Positions 49,787 through 63,779 of a stretch of DNA of 64,000 nucleotides are shown here, piece after piece. This stretch comes from Mobula hypostoma (lineage: Eukaryota), in assembly GCF_963921235.1 (NCBI RefSeq), contig NC_086097.1, positions 208,384,001-208,448,000 of the forward strand, given 5' to 3'. The stretch's first letter is position 1, and each line of letters begins with the position of its first letter. A program made the position numbers and the translations under genes. The notes beneath the pieces are model-generated. The model made no database searches. It saw nothing but the letters and a program-made list of their open reading frames with translations, and was not told where the DNA came from.

Positions 49787-51503
49787 ATCAGAATCAGGTT
49801 TAAAATCATCAGCATACGTTGTGAAATTTGTAGTTTTGCGGCAGCAGTATATTGCAATACAAAATGATAAAAACAGTGAATTATACTATATGTGTGTGTG
49901 TGTATATATAAAATGAAATAAGTGGTAAAAAAAAACCATTGTGAGGTAGTAATCATGGGTTTAATGTCCATTCAGAAAAATGATGGCAAAGACAAAGAAG
50001 CAGTTCCTGAATGGTTAAGTGTGTGCCTTCAGGCTCCAGTATCTCCTCCTGATGGTAGTAATGAGAAGAGGGCATGTCCTGGGTGATGAGGGTCGTTAAT
50101 GATGCTGCCTTTTGGGGGCATTGCTCCTTGAAGATGTTGTAGATGCTGGGGAGGGTAGTACCCATGATGGAGCTGACTGAGTTTACAACTTACTGCAACT
50201 CATTTCAATCCTGTGCAGTGAACCCCCCACCCCCCCCATACAAGACAGTGCTGCAGCCGGTTAGAACACTCTCCACGATACATCTGTAGAAAATTGCAAG
50301 TGTCTTTGGTGACATAGCAAATCTCTGTAAACTTTTTATATAAAACAAATATATAGCCACAGTCATATTTTCTTTGTAATGTGTCGATATTTCGGGCCCA
50401 GGATAGGTCCTCAGATGTTGACACCCAGGAACTTGAAATTGCTCACTTTCCACTTCTGATCCCTCTGAGGACTGGTGTGTATTCCCTCATCTTACCCTGT
50501 CTAAAGTCCGCAATCAATTCTTTGGTCTTAATGACGTTGAAAGCAAGGTTGTTGCTGTGACATCACTCAATTAGCTGATACTTCTCATTCCTGTATGCCT
50601 TCTGAAATCCTGCCAACAATAGTTGTGTCATCAGCAAATTTATAGATGGCATTTGAACTCTGCCTAGCCACACAGTCATGGGTGTAGAGAGAGTACAGCA
50701 CTGGCCTAAGCACACATCCTTGAGGTATGCCAGTGCTCATTGTCAGGGAGGTAGAGATTTTATTTCTGATCTGCACAGACTGTAGTCTTCCCGTGTGGAA
50801 GTGGAGGATCCAGTTGCAGAGGGAGGTACAGAGGCCCAGATTCTGGAGCTTTTTGATCAGACCTGTAGGATTGATTGTATTAAACGCTGAGCGGTAGTCA
50901 ATAAACAGCAGCCTGACATGTATTAGTATTGTCCAGGTGATCCAAGGCCGCATGAAGAGCCAATGAGATCGCATCTGCTGTAGACCTATTGTGGCAATTG
51001 GCAAATTGCAGTGGGTCCTGGTTCATGCTGAGACAGGAGTAGATTATATCCATAACCAACCACTCTAAGCACTTCATCACCGTAGATGTGAATTCTATGG
51101 CGGCTCACACCCTGCACTTCTTGGGCACTGGTATGATTGTTGCCCTTTTGAAGCAAGTGGGAACTTCTGACTGTAGCAAGGAAAGATTAAAAGTGTCTTT
51201 GAACACTCCAGCCAGTTGATTGGCCCAAGTTTTCAGAGCCCTACTAGGTACTCATTGGGGCCTGTTGCCATGTGAGGGTTCACCCTCTGGAAAGCCAGTC
51301 TGATGTCGGCCCCTGAGACAGATATCACAGGGTCACCAGGTGCTAATAGCCTGCAAATGCCGCCACAGTTGATGTGCTTCCAATTCTGCTTTTAACCTCG
51401 TTCGGAATTGTTCTTTTGCTCTTGAGAATAGCCCTCCATAAGTTATACCAGGCCTTTTTGCATAGTTCTGGATGTCACTTGAATGTCACAGATCTAGCCC
51501 TCA
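49787..51503 (-). mobile_element. Rex/Babar LINE inserted in the ERV integrase
   Basis: Contains [21 protein letters not shown] and KFADDTT, with a (CTGATT) tail at 49787. Confidence 0.85.
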
Positions 51504-54240
51504 AGCACTCTTGATGGTGAGAGTACTAGCATGTGGGAATGTGGAATTTTGGAAAGCTGTGACGATTGCGATCCCACTACAAGAAGTTGTGGAGACTAAT
51601 CACATACATTCTGCACAAAGATCAACTATCACAAGAATATAGGTTTCCGATAAAATGGGTTACATTGGGATGCCAGAAATAGGCCTATATAATTAATTTG
51701 CTACACTTGTATTGGTACAGTTGGTTTTGTTTGTCTTATAAGATGTGGTTTTGTGATTGTTCCTTTATTATAGGCCTTTATTATTGTATTCTTTACAATT
51801 TGCTTATAGTCATTCAATATGTAAGGTCACGTGTATACATGGCTAACTTTACTTGAGTGGCTCGTCCACCACAATGATTGTTTCCCAATCCTTGGAGGGA
51901 TTTTTGAATCAATGTTTCCCACTTGTGGGCAGGAGATCTTTGTTCCTCATCTTTTGTAGGATGACACACCCAAATCTTACCTCCACCATCAACTTCATAT
52001 TTATACCATGTTGGAAATCCTTTAGAATTGGGTTCATTAGTATCTAGGAGAATTCTTAAAATATCATCCTGGTGATTTTCTATTTGTTGCTTAGTTACCA
52101 AAACCTTGGCCTCCCTTACTTTAGTAAGGTCCATCCTGACAGCTTGTTTTGCTTGTTCATTTGCTAATCTATTGCCATCGCTGTGTCAGAGGCCTGCAGT
52201 ATGTCCCAGGATGTGTAACACCTGTACTTATAGTCAAGTCAATAATAACTCATAAATATTCTTCCACCTGGACAAACATGGAAACAGTTTACCTTGGTGT
52301 GTTCTTCATCTGATAGTTGATCAGATGAGAAGATCTCTTTCTACCACATTTCTAACATAATTAGAGTCAGTACAGGTACATATCAGGACTGGTTCCATTT
52401 TATTTACTTATTTTGGAGACGATTCTAGGGCTTTCACCTCTGCAAGTTAAGCTGTATGATTCTCTAAAGGGTGCACTTGCAATTCATGTGATTCAAATCC
52501 ATTTTCGAGAAAAAAATTCCTTTATAATTGGGAGCAGGAATTATAATTGAGCAGATCCAGCTTTCTGGATTTTCATTGTCGGTCCATCAAAGTATTGTAT
52601 TTGAGAATAGCGCTCTCAAGGATGTCGTACTACATTAGGTTATGGAGAAGATGGTTCTGCATCTTCCTTGAAAGATAAGGATTGTAAATCTTAGCTCTTA
52701 GGAATATATTCCCACTTTAAGATGTCATCTTGTAAAAGTGTTTGCCATTTCCGTATCTAATTCTGGTAGCTCTCCGTTCATTTGTTGGTAATTTACTGTC
52801 ATTTTTCAAAGCCCTAAACTCAATATAATTAGTTTATCCCCATGCAGTGGTCTTACTGGAATAAATGTATGGAATACCATAGTAAGACGTTGTTCAAGGC
52901 AGTAAATTTCAGTTCTGTTGGGGTGAAATTATGAGGAATAGTGTATGGGTTTATGTTTCTTCTCCCGCATTACAGAATACAGCTCAGCAGTTTTTGGAGA
53001 AATGTGAATTTGCAGAACAAGGAATTTTGTTAGGTCTCTTGTCTGGAGGTCTATCATTTGCTGAACTGTATTCATCAATTTCTCTAGTGCCCCATAATCT
53101 TCTGGGGTAAACACAAAAAGCTTTGCATTTTTCAATGTACACCAGTCATATAATGGTTTTGACAATTGAGCATAATTTAACAGGCCTCGGGTAGATTGTA
53201 AGGCTTTCAGTATCTTCGGATATGCTGTGCAAGCAACTTTCTGTGTAAATTCAGGGGTTAAACCACGTTTCCTGATTTGTAATTGTCATGCCTAGGAAAT
53301 TTACTTCTTCTGTATGACAGAATTTAGATCTTTTAATGTTAATTACATGGCTTCTGTCTGTCAACCTCTTAATGATAGTCTCAACCTGTGTTAAATTCTT
53401 GTCCAATGTATCAGCTGCACAGTCTGCATCATAACTGTACACACAAATGTCTATTATTCTTTGTCGAGTCTAAACGACTCCTCCAGAAAATATCTGTGGA
53501 CTATTCCAGAAAACTTGTGGGAGTCTGGTCCAGTGATTTTGTGATATAGTGCATTCAGGTTCTGTAAAGGCTTTGTAATGTTTATCACTTTCAAGAATTG
53601 GGAGTCATTAACCAGATCTATGCAAGATTTAAAATTTTTGTGAGCCAATCCTTGCAGCATTAGTTGTAAAGACTGTTACTGGGCTGAGTTTTCATTCAGG
53701 ACGATGTAGTTATTGACCAGACACCACTGTTCATCAGGCTTTGCTATGCTGAACATGGAAGAGTTATATCGAAAAGTTTCTTTTATCAAAGCACCTTGTT
53801 CATAGGAGACTACAGTTTCCTGGTGGTTTGGATGTTGTTGTTGAAGGTAATAAAATTTGTACAAAATTTGTTTCAATTTCAGTCTAATTGTTTTATCTTG
53901 TTGACAGTTGAGCTGTTTCTAAGTATGTATGTCTCGTTCATCCAGTGCAGTTGCCTCAGCTCTTGATTTAATTGTAGTATGAATCCAACAGGAAACATCC
54001 GAATTAGAAGTGCTCGTTTAGTACAAGCTGAGGCAAACTGGTGTGTAAAGACTTTACAGCTACTTCTATTGTTTGTTTTAATCCTGTCTATGTGTACAGG
54101 AACTTTATAAGTTGAGCACCCTAGCTCGTTTCTATATATGCCTACAATTTTAGTTTTCCCTAGACAGTAGGCTCCCCTAGTTTATCACCTTGAATTATAT
54201 CAGAATTTAGGACTAGTCTGCACTCATATCAAATCAGCAG

Positions 54241-54797
54241 GATTGAACTTTCCTTTTTCCGGTAGCCACCCACTTCAACTCTGCTTCCCATTCCCATTCG
54301 GATATGTGCATACATGGCCTCCTCTACTGCCATGATGAGGCTAACCTCAGGTTGGAGCAGCAACACCTCATATACAGTCTAGGTAGTCTCCAGCCCCTTG
54401 GTATGAACATAGAATTCTCCAGCTTCCGGTAATTCTCTCTCCCTCCCTTTCTCTATCCCTATTTCACTCTGCCCCCTCCCCCAGCTGCCTATCACCTCCT
54501 TCTGCCTCCTTCTACTCCCCACTGTGTTTTCCCCTATTCCTTCTTCACCTTTCCTGCCTATCACCTCCCTGCTTCCCCTCTCCCACCCCTTTATCTTTCC
54601 CCTTACTGGTTTTTCACCTGGAACCTACCAGCCTTCTCCTTCCCACCCTCCCCCCACCTTCTTTATAGGGCCTCTGCCCCTTCCCTCTTCAGTCCTGGTG
54701 AAGGGTTCCGGCCCGAAACGTTGAAACGTTGGCTGATCGTTTCCTCGGATGCTGCCCGACCTGCTGAGTTTCTCCAGCGTGTTGTGAGTGTTGCTTT
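54241..54797 (+). mobile_element. Penelope 3' fragment inserted in the ERV protease region
   Basis: Shows a GIY-YIG C-terminal remnant and a pLTR with a hammerhead core at about 54691-54725. Confidence 0.8.
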
Positions 54798-54949
54798 GTG
54801 TTAAAAATACGAGCTACAGCATGTGAAAATGTAAGACTGGGTATGCCTGTATCCTATTTGTCAGATGGAGCATTTCGAGTAGAATTGTTGCTGGAATTCT
54901 TCTGTGTAATTTCTACTACGTTAACTTTGGACTTCCCCTTCTTTACATT

Positions 54950-56400
54950 TTGTTTCCCCTAAGTTGCAGGGGAGGGAGTGGATGTTTAGAATGGGCCCTG
55001 TTCTTTTGTATATTTGGAGGGTGAAGGGTGAAGCGGGCCTTGTGGCATGTTCTCAGTGTCATACTCTTCTCTATAATATCAATGGGGCTTCTGAATGTTC
55101 TGATTTTCCTGGATGGAGTATCTTACTTCCTTCCACAAAGAAAGGGGATGAAGCTAAAGGTCATGGCCTAGATCTACTGTCTAGCCATCCAGGCTATGGG
55201 TGAATATCTCTTCCTAAGCCTGGTGGTCTCCAGGGAACTTGTTTGGTTTGCTGATTACATCTTCCCTGCTGAGGGGCTGGTTTAGGAGAATGCTATGAAT
55301 GTGATAGACCCAAGGGACGAGGTTGGTTGTGTGACTTTGTTACTGACCCTGCATTCTCTTTCGAGGGAAAGGGAGAGGACCCTGTGCAGTACCTCGTTGC
55401 CCTTGTATAGGAACAAACAGTAGTTCTGCTACCGCCATGTGGGTGCACAGGATCTCTTCAGCAACCTGAAATTATTCATGAACTGGGTGTTTAATAAGAG
55501 CTATCCCACACATGGTGTGGAGGTTTTCACTAGGATAAAGGGGTAACATTATAGAATTACTAGGTCCCAGTCTGCACTTTCCATTTGTTGTCCGAGCTTA
55601 AAAGCCCTGGCTTTTTACTATTTTACTCAATACAGTACTAAATCCTCTGTGTACATGTCTCCCATTTATTTGTTTATAAATCCACATATATATCTACTAT
55701 GGATCTGCACATTCATGTTGAGGTGGTTCCAAGGTTATAGGAAATAACATTAATAAGAATTGCTGAACTGTGGCCTCTGTGCATTCTGAGGTAGTCACTT
55801 CAGATTTTTTTGACATCAGCTGAAGGCATGACACATTCAGTCTGCAAACTCTGAATAGTCAGAGGTCCAAAACCTTGATGGGAAATTTGTACTGGGGAAG
55901 CTGCAGAAATTCCCTGTACAGGAACAGTTCCTGGTATTTTTCTTTTGATGGCTTTGTCAATCTTTTTGTTAATTCTAATGTATGTTCCCAACCATCTGTT
56001 GTAGGATTTAATGGTGTTGGTGCTACCTCATCTGTGCCTTGAAGGAAGGAATACGCAGTATCTTCATGCATAGGGATTAACATATGGGTTGCTGGGTTCT
56101 ATCATATAAGCATGTGGTCCCCACCTGGGTGCCTGGTTTCCATCTAAAAAGAGGCAAATCTGTTGTCTCGAGGCACAAATTATTGCTACACTGTTAGGAT
56201 CTGGTACAAATTGTGATGGTCTGAGACCAACAGGTTGTACAGCGAGGTCTGGTCCCTATAGTCTGCATCGTATTTTGTGTTTTATCTCTTCGTCATTTAA
56301 TAACTTAACGAATAAAATATTTATCCCATTCAATTTGAGGTGGTGTATATTGAATCAGAAATATTATTAACACATTCACAATATTGACCAGGATTTGCCT
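54950..56400 (-). pseudogene. Probable decayed gag of the foamy-like ERV
   Basis: This non-repeat segment lies between the leader and the protease. It has broken ORFs (55800-56083), a Q/P/R/G-rich 3' part and no visible Cys-His box. The call is mostly positional. Confidence 0.45.
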
Positions 56401-56412
56401 GTGCAACTACCA

Positions 56413-59400
56413 AATCAGAATCAGACATATTATCACTGGTATGTGTCATGAAATTTATTAACTTAGTTGCAGCAGCAGTTCAATACAATGCATAATATAG
56501 AAAAAAATTAATAAATAAGTAAATCAATTAGAGTATATGAGTAGTATGTGAATTAGAGTAAGCGGAACAAGTGCTACACATGCCCTTACACTTCCTCCCT
56601 CACTACCATTCAGGGCCCCAGACAGTCCTTCCAGGTGAGGCGACACTCACCTGTGAGTCGGCTGGGGTGATATACTGCGTCTGGTGCTCCCGATGCGGCC
56701 TTCTATATATTGGCGAGACCCGACACAGACTGGGAGATCGTTTTGCTGAACACCTACGCTCTGTCCACCAGAGAAAGCAGGATCTCCCAGTGGCCACACA
56801 TTTTAATTCCAAGTCCCATTCCCATTCTGACATGTCCATCCACGGTCGCCTCTACTGTAAAGATGAAGCCACGCTCAGGTTGGAGGAACAACACCTTATA
56901 TTCCATCTGTGTAGCCTCCAACCTGATGGCATGAACATTGACTTCTCAAACTTCCGCTAATGCCCCACCTCCCCCTCGTACCCCATCCGTTATTTATTTA
57001 TATACACACATTCTTTTTCTCTCTCTCCTTATTCTCCCTCTGTCCCTCTCACTATACCCCTTGCCCATCCTCTGGATTTTCCCCCCTCCCCCTTTTCTTT
57101 CTCCCTAGGCCTCTTCACTCATGATCCTCTCATATCCCTTTTGCCAATCAACTGTCCAGCTCTTGGCTCCATCCCTCCCCCTCCTGTCTTCTCCTATCAT
57201 TTCCGATCTCCCCCTCCCCCTTCCCCTCCCCCTTCCCCTCCCATTTCCAAATCTCTTACTAGCTCTTTTCTCAGTTAGTCCTGACGAAGGGTCTCGGCTC
57301 GATACGTTGACTGTACCTCTTCCTAGAGATGCTGCCTGGCCTGCTGCATTTACCAGCAACTTTTATGTGTGTTGCTTGAAATTCCAGCATCTGCAGATTT
57401 CCTCATGTTTGCAAGAGTACATGTATATTGACTAGATTAAAAATTGTGCAAAAACTGAAATAATATACATTTTGAAAAAAGTGAGGTAGTGTCCAAGGGT
57501 TCAATGTCCATTTAGGAATCAGATGACAGAGGGGAAGAAGCTGTTTTTGAATTGCTGAGAGTGTGGCTTCAGGCTTCTGTACCTTCTACCTGATGGTAAC
57601 AATGAGAAAAGGGCCTGCTCTGTGTGCTGGGGTTCCTTAATAATGGACGCTGCCTTTCTGAGACACTGCTCCTCAAAGATGTCCTGGGTACTTTGTAGGC
57701 TAGTACCCAAGATGGACCAAACTAAATTTGTGACCCTCTGCAACTTCTTTCACACCTGTGCAGTAGCCCCTCCATACCAGAATTTGATGCAGCCTGTCAG
57801 AATGCTCTCCAGTGTACATCTATAGAAGGTTTTGAGTGTTTTTGTTGACATACCAAATCTTTTCAAACTCCTAATGAAGTCACTGTCTTGCCTTCCTTAT
57901 AGCTGCATCGATATGTTGGGATCAGGTTAGGTCCTCAGCAATCTTGACACCCAGGAACTTGAAACTGCTCACTCTCTCCACTTCTGATCTCTGTATGAGC
58001 ATTGGAACGTGTTCCTTCGTCTTACCCTCCTTTCATCTTTCTGACATTAAGTGCAAGGTTATGGCTGCAACACCACTCCATTAGTTACTTTATTTTATTG
58101 TCGCCAAACAATTGATACTAGAGTGTACAATCATCACAGCGGTATTTGATTTTGCACTTCGCGCTCCCTGGAGTACAAAACGATAGTAAATATTATATAA
58201 TAAAAACTTAAATTATATATTATAAATAGAAAATAGAAAAAGGAAAACATATAGTGCAAAAAAACTGAGAAGCAGGTCCGGATATTTGGAGGGTACGGCC
58301 CAGATCCGGGTCAGGATCCGTTCAGCAGCAGTCTTATCACAGTTGGAAAGAAGCTGTTCCCAAATCTGGCCTTAAGAGTCTTAAAGCTCTTGAGCCTTCT
58401 CCCGGAGGGAAGAGGGGCGAAAAGTGTGATGGCTGGGTGGGTCGTGTCCTTGATTATCCTGGCAGCACTGCTCCGACAGCGTGCGGTGTAAAGTGAATCC
58501 AAGGACGGAAGCAACACATATCAAAGTTGCTGGTGAACGCAGCAGCCCAGGCAGCATCTCTAGGAAGAGGTACAGTCGACATTTCAGGCCGAGACCCTTC
58601 GTCAGGATGGAAGATTGGTTTGTGTGATGTGCTGGGCTGTGTTCACGATCTTCTGCAGCTTCTCCCGGTCTTGGACAGGACAACTTCCATACCAGATTGT
58701 GATGCACCCTGGAACAATGCTTTCTACAGTGAATCTATAAAAATTAGTCAGGGTTTTAGGGGACAGGCCAAATTTCTTTACCTTTCTCAGGAAGTAAAGG
58801 CGCTGGTGGGCCTTCTTGGCAGTGGACTCTGCTTGGTTGGACCAAGTCAGGTCATTTGTGATCTCGACCTTGAGGAACTTAAAGCTTTTGACCTATTCCA
58901 CCTGCGCACCACCGATGTAGATGGGGTCGTGCAGTCCGCTACTCCTTCTGAAGTCCTTCATCTTGCTGACGTTGAGGGATAGTTTATTGTCTTCACACCA
59001 TGCCACCAGGTTCTTAATTTCCTCTCTGTACTCAAACTCATCGTTACCCGAGATACGGCCTACAATTGTTGTGTCATCAGCAAACTTATATATTGAGTTC
59101 GATGAAAACTTGGCTACACAATCACGAGTGTACAGTGAGTACAGCAGGGGGCTGAGTACACAGCCTTGTGGGGCATCAGTGCTCAGTGATTGCAGAGGAG
59201 AGCTTGTCCCCTATTTTTACAGCCTGGGTCCTAGCTGTGAGGAAGTTGAAGATCCAGCTGCAGATCTGAGTGCTAAGGCCCAGGTTCCGGAGCTTAGGAA
59301 TCAGTTTATTTGGAATGATGGTATTAAAGGCAGAGCTGTAGTCAATGAAAAGGAGCCTTACGTATGCGTCTTTATTCTGCAGGTGCTCTAAGGAGGAATG

Positions 59401-60550
59401 TAGTGTCAGAGAGATGGCATCTGCCATTGACCTGTTCCTCCGGTAGGCGAATTGTAAAGCGTCGAGGTTGACCGGTAGGATGTGGTCGATGTGTGCCATA
59501 ACCAATCGCTCAAAGCACTTCATAGCAATTGATGTCAGAGCCACAGGTCGATAGTCATTCAGGCATGCCACCTTGCTCTTCTTCGGCACTGGGATTATCG
59601 TTGCCTTCTCGCTCCTGTATGCCCTCTCATCTCCATCTGAGATTCTACCAACAGACTGCGGTCTTCCAGTTGGGAAATCGAGCATCCAATTACAGAGGGA
59701 GGTACAAAGACCAAACTTCTGTAACTTCTTAATCAGGATTGTGGGAATAATGGTGTTAAATGCTGACCTATAGTCAAAGAACGGCATTCTGACATAGGTG
59801 TTTGTATTGTCCAGGTGGTCTAAGGCCATGTGAAGAGCCATTGAGATTGCAACTGCTGAGACTTATTGTGGCGATAGGCAAATTGCAGTAGGTCCAGGTC
59901 CTTGCTGAAACAGCAGTTCAGTCTAGTCATGACCAACCTCTCAAAGCATTTCATCACTGTAGATGTGAATGCTACTGGGCGATGGTCATGAAGGCAGCTC
60001 ACGTTATTTTTCTTAGGTACTGGTTTAATTGTTGCCTTTTTGAAACAAGTGAACTTCCACCCGTAGCAGTGAGAGGTTGAAAATTTCCTTGAATACTCCT
60101 GCCAGTTGGTTGGCACAAGTTTTCAAAGCCTGACCAGGTGCTCCGTCAGGGCCTTCCGCCTTGAGAGGGCTCATCCTCTTTAAGGACAGCCTAACCACAG
60201 CCTCCGAGACATATCACAGGGTCACGGGGTGCAGAAGGGATCTTCACAGCTGTAGCTATATTCTCCCTTTCAAAGCAGGCATAGAAGGCATTGAGTTCAT
60301 CTGGTAATGAAGCATTGCTGTCATTCATGCTATTGGGTTTCGCTTTGTAGGAAGTAACGTCTTGCAAACCCTGCCAGAGTTGTGCATCTGATGTCGCCTC
60401 CAACCTTGTTCAAAATTGTGTCTTTGCCCTTGAAATAGCCTTCCACAAGTCATAACTAGTTTTCTGGCCTTCCTTGAATGCCACAGATCTAGCCTTCAGC
60501 AGAAGACGTACCTCCTAGTTCATCCATGGCTTTTGGTTTGGGAGTGCACA
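56413..60550 (-). mobile_element. Nested cluster: a Rex/Babar LINE containing a Penelope (about 56558-57412, +) and a second Rex LINE (about 58087-59607) that contains a Penelope pLTR (about 58512-58606)
   Basis: RT motifs (YVR..F.DY.SAFNTI) appear twice within the chimeric ORF 59176-59841. The junctions are abrupt and have short TSD-like repeats. Confidence 0.75.
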
Positions 60551-60669
60551 AGCAGGATGACAACCATTTTATAGTATTAGGTGAGGTGCTGTAGCAACTG
60601 TCAAGCATGCTGTGAGTTGGACTACTTCTAAGTATATGTTTTTCCAAAATAATACCTTTGTTATAATAT

Positions 60670-60683
60670 GACCATGTTGGCCA
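60670..60683 (-). promoter_or_regulatory. Degenerate primer-binding site (tRNA-Lys1,2-like)
   Basis: The minus strand reads TGGCCAACATGGTC 5 nt past the LTR end. This resembles the foamy-virus PBS TGGCGCCCAACGTGGGGC with a deletion. Confidence 0.45.
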
Positions 60684-60827
60684 CTAACTGTTATGGTATT
60701 GGTTTACTGACCATGAAGGTTCTTAACTCAAGCAAAGATCTTAAGCTCTATTGGATATAAATGGCCTCAGATACTCTTTCCAAAGGGAGATAATACTGTA
60801 ACTGCCCAATCTTCAAAGACTAGTTTA

Positions 60828-63779
60828 CTTCCCTGTTTATTTTCCATGGCGAGTTTTAGCCGCCAAAACCCACGTTTTGAGCGGTGGGTCCCTCCTCCCT
60901 ACCAAGGAGGAGATGCTTCCAGCTAACAAAGTAGTTTAAAATACATTCGAAGTGATTGCGCAACCACCAACTGCGTCTCCAGCCTTGAACTCCAGGCCGG
61001 GTCTTTATGTGCTGCTGTTGTGACTCCCATCTCCCCTTCCCCCACCACCACTCCGCAGCCCCGTCTTCCTCAGATCCCACCGTCAACTCCTGGGCCCTCA
61101 GAGGCTCCATCTTCCTCTCACCCCAACCCTCCCCTCTCCACTGACACCACCAGCCTCCCCCCTCCCCCCAGATCCCAGCTCTCATCCGTGCCGGGTCTTT
61201 ACCATCCCCTCCGACCTTCAACTGTCGGAGGCAGAACGCTCTGTTCTCAGTAAGGGCCTCACGTTTGTCCTCCTTTGCCCACACCTCAGCGAGTTCCGTG
61301 TTCGCCACGATGCGGAACTTTTCTTCCGCCGTCTCCATCTCCGTCTCCGAGCCTACTTCTTCGGCAAGGACTCTTCCACCCCCACCGATGACCCCTTCTC
61401 CTGTCTTCAAACCTCCTCTTCTTCATGGACACCCCACTTTGGTCTTCTGCCTGCTCTGGATCTCTTTATTGCTAACTGCCGACGGGACATCAACCGTCTC
61501 GACTTCACCGCACCTTGTCCCCATTCCAACCTCACTTCTTCGGAATGCTCTGCTCTCCACTCCCTCCGCACTAATCCTAACCTTATTATTAAACCCGCCG
61601 ATAAGGGGGGCGCTGTTGTAGTCTGGCGTACTGACCTCTACCTTGCCGAGGCGCAGCGACAACTCGCGGATACCTCCTCTTATTTACCCCTCGATCGTAA
61701 CCCCACTAAGGAGCACCAGGCCATTGTCTCCCACACCATCACCGACTTTATCTGCTCAGGGGATCTCCCATCCACTGCTACCAACCTTATAGTTCCCACA
61801 CCCCACACTTCCCGTTTCTACCTCCTACCCAAGATCCACAAACCTGCCTGTCCTGGCCGACCTATTGTCTCAGCTTGCTCCTGCCGCACCGAACTCGTTT
61901 CTGCATACCTCGACACTGTTTTATCCCCCCTTGTTCAATCCCTTCCGACCTATGTTCGTGACACTTCTCACGCTCTGAAACTTTTCGATGATTTTAAGTT
62001 CCCTGGCCCCCACCACTTTATTTTCACCATGGATGTCCAGTCCTTATATACTTCCATCCCCCATCAGGAAGGTCTCAAAGCTCTACGCTTCTTTTTGGAT
62101 TCCAGACCTAATCAGTTCCCCTCTACCACCACTCTGCTCCGTCTAGCGGAATTAGTCCTTACTCTTAATAATTTCTCCTTTTGCTCCTCCCATTTCCTCC
62201 AAACTAAAGGTGTAGCTATGGGCACCCGTATGGGTCCTAGCTATGCCTGCCTTTTTGTTGGGTTTGTGGAACAATCTATGTTCCGTGCCTATTCTGGTAT
62301 CTGTCCCCCACTTTTCCTTCGCTACATCGACGGCTGCATTGGCGCTGCTTCCTGCACGCATGCAGAACTCGTTGACTTTATTAACTTTGCCTCCAACTTT
62401 CACCCTGCCCTCAAGTTTACCTGGTCCATTTCCGACACCTCCCTCCCCTTTCTAGATCTTTCTGTCTCTGTCTCTGGAGACAGCTTATCCACTGATGTCT
62501 ACTATAAGCCTACTGACTCTCACAGCTATCTGGACTATTCCTCTTCTCACCCTGTCTCTTGCAAAAACGCCATCCCCTTCTCGCAATTCCTCCGTCTCCG
62601 CCGCATCTGCTCTCAGGATGAGGCTTTTCATTCTAGGACGAGGGAGATGTCTTCATTTTTTAAAGAAAGGGGCTTCCCTTCCTCCACTATCAACTCTGCT
62701 CTTAAACGCATCTCCCCCATTTCACGTACATCTGCTCTCACTCCATCCTCCCGCCACCCCACTAGGAATAGGGTTCCCCTGGTCCTCACCTACCACCCCA
62801 CCAGCCTCCGGGTCCAACATATTATTCTCCGTAACTTCCGCCACCTCCAACGGGATCCCACCACTAAGCACATCTTTCCCTCCCCCCCCTGCATTCCGCA
62901 GGGATCGCTCCCTACACAACTCCCTTGTCCATTCGTCCCCCCCATCCCTCCCCACTGATTTCCCTCCTGGCACTTATCCGTGTAAGCGGAACAAGTGCTA
63001 CACATGCCCTTACACTTCCTCCCTTACCACCATTCAGGGCCCCAAACAGTCCTTCCAGGTGAGGCATCACTTCACCTGTGAGTCGACTGGGGTGATATAC
63101 TGCGTCCGGTGCTCCCGATGTGGCCTTTTATATATTGGCGAGACCTGACGCAGACTGGGAGACCGCTTTGCTGAACATCTACGCTCTGTCTGCCAGAGAA
63201 AGCAGGATCTCCCAGTGGCCACACATTTTAATTCCACATCCCATTCCCATTCTGACATGTCTATCCACGGCCTCCTCTACTGTAAAGATGAAGCCACACT
63301 CAGGTTGGAGGAACAACACCTTATATTCCGTCTGGGTAGCCTCCAACCTGATGGCATGAACATCGACTTCTCTAACTTCCGCTTGGCCCCACCTTCCCCT
63401 CGTACCCCATCTGTTACTTATTTTTAATGCACACATTCTTTCTCTCACTCTCCTTTTTCTCCCTCTGTCCCTCTGAATATACCTCTTGCCCATCCTCTGG
63501 GTCACCCCCCCCCTTGTCTTTCTTCCCGGACCTCCTGTCCCATGATCCTCTCGTATCCCCTTTTGCCTATCACCTGTCCAGCTCTCGGCTCTATCCCTCC
63601 CCCTCCTGTCTTCTCCTTTCATTTTGCATCTCCCCCTCCCCCTCCAGCTTTCAAATCCCTTACTCACTCTTCCTTGAGTTAGTCCTGACGAAGGGTCTTG
63701 GCCTGAAACGTCGAATGCGCCTCTTCCTGTAGATGCTGCTTGGCCTGCTGCGTTCACCAGCAACTTTGATGTATGTTGT
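60828..63779 (+). mobile_element. Near full-length Penelope-like element (RT + GIY-YIG endonuclease)
   Basis: Contains IKPADKGGAVV, DVQSLYTSIP, GVAMGTRMGPSYA, RYIDG (a mutated YIDD), FLDL and VIYCVRCSRCGLLYIGET. It has a 3' pLTR with a hammerhead core and an apparent TSD TAGTTTA. Confidence 0.92.
63681..63716 (+). ncRNA. Minimal type I hammerhead ribozyme motif in a Penelope 3' repeat
   Basis: Reads AGTC-CTGACGA-AGGGTCTTGGCCT-GAAA-CGTC-GAAT. Variant copies lie at about 553, 2849, 27244, 54695 and 57281 (+) and about 17480, 22620, 32140 and 58590 (-). Confidence 0.65.

Larger units (their letters stand above)
49163..54900 (-). pseudogene. Decayed foamy-like pol (PR-RT-RNase H-IN), interrupted by Penelope and Rex LINE
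   Basis: Protease: *DTG at about 54850. RT: KPDEQWCLVNNY, WTRLPQVFWNSPQIF, VYSYD at the YVDD position, VNFLGMTIT. Connection: KPLYDW..LQTRDLTKFLVLQIHISP..KPIHY. RNase H: PLENHTA*LAEVKALE, TDSNYV, GNRLANEQA. IN: KGFPTWYKY, NYIGL, WMPQRGDWIQ..PNWKPP..VINDRTVVI..IVSID. All are colinear with prototype foamy virus Pol as recalled. Confidence 0.88.

Noticed and set aside
49163..54900. Alternative reading of the decayed pol as Gypsy or lokiretrovirus
   Set aside because: It has a connection domain plus a retroviral RNase H, and the env peptides resemble foamy Env rather than a mononegaviral F protein. A phylogeny is still needed.
59176..59841. ORF with two RT N-terminal motifs, as a novel tandem-RT protein
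   Set aside because: It is a chance in-frame junction between two nested Rex/Babar LINE fragments.
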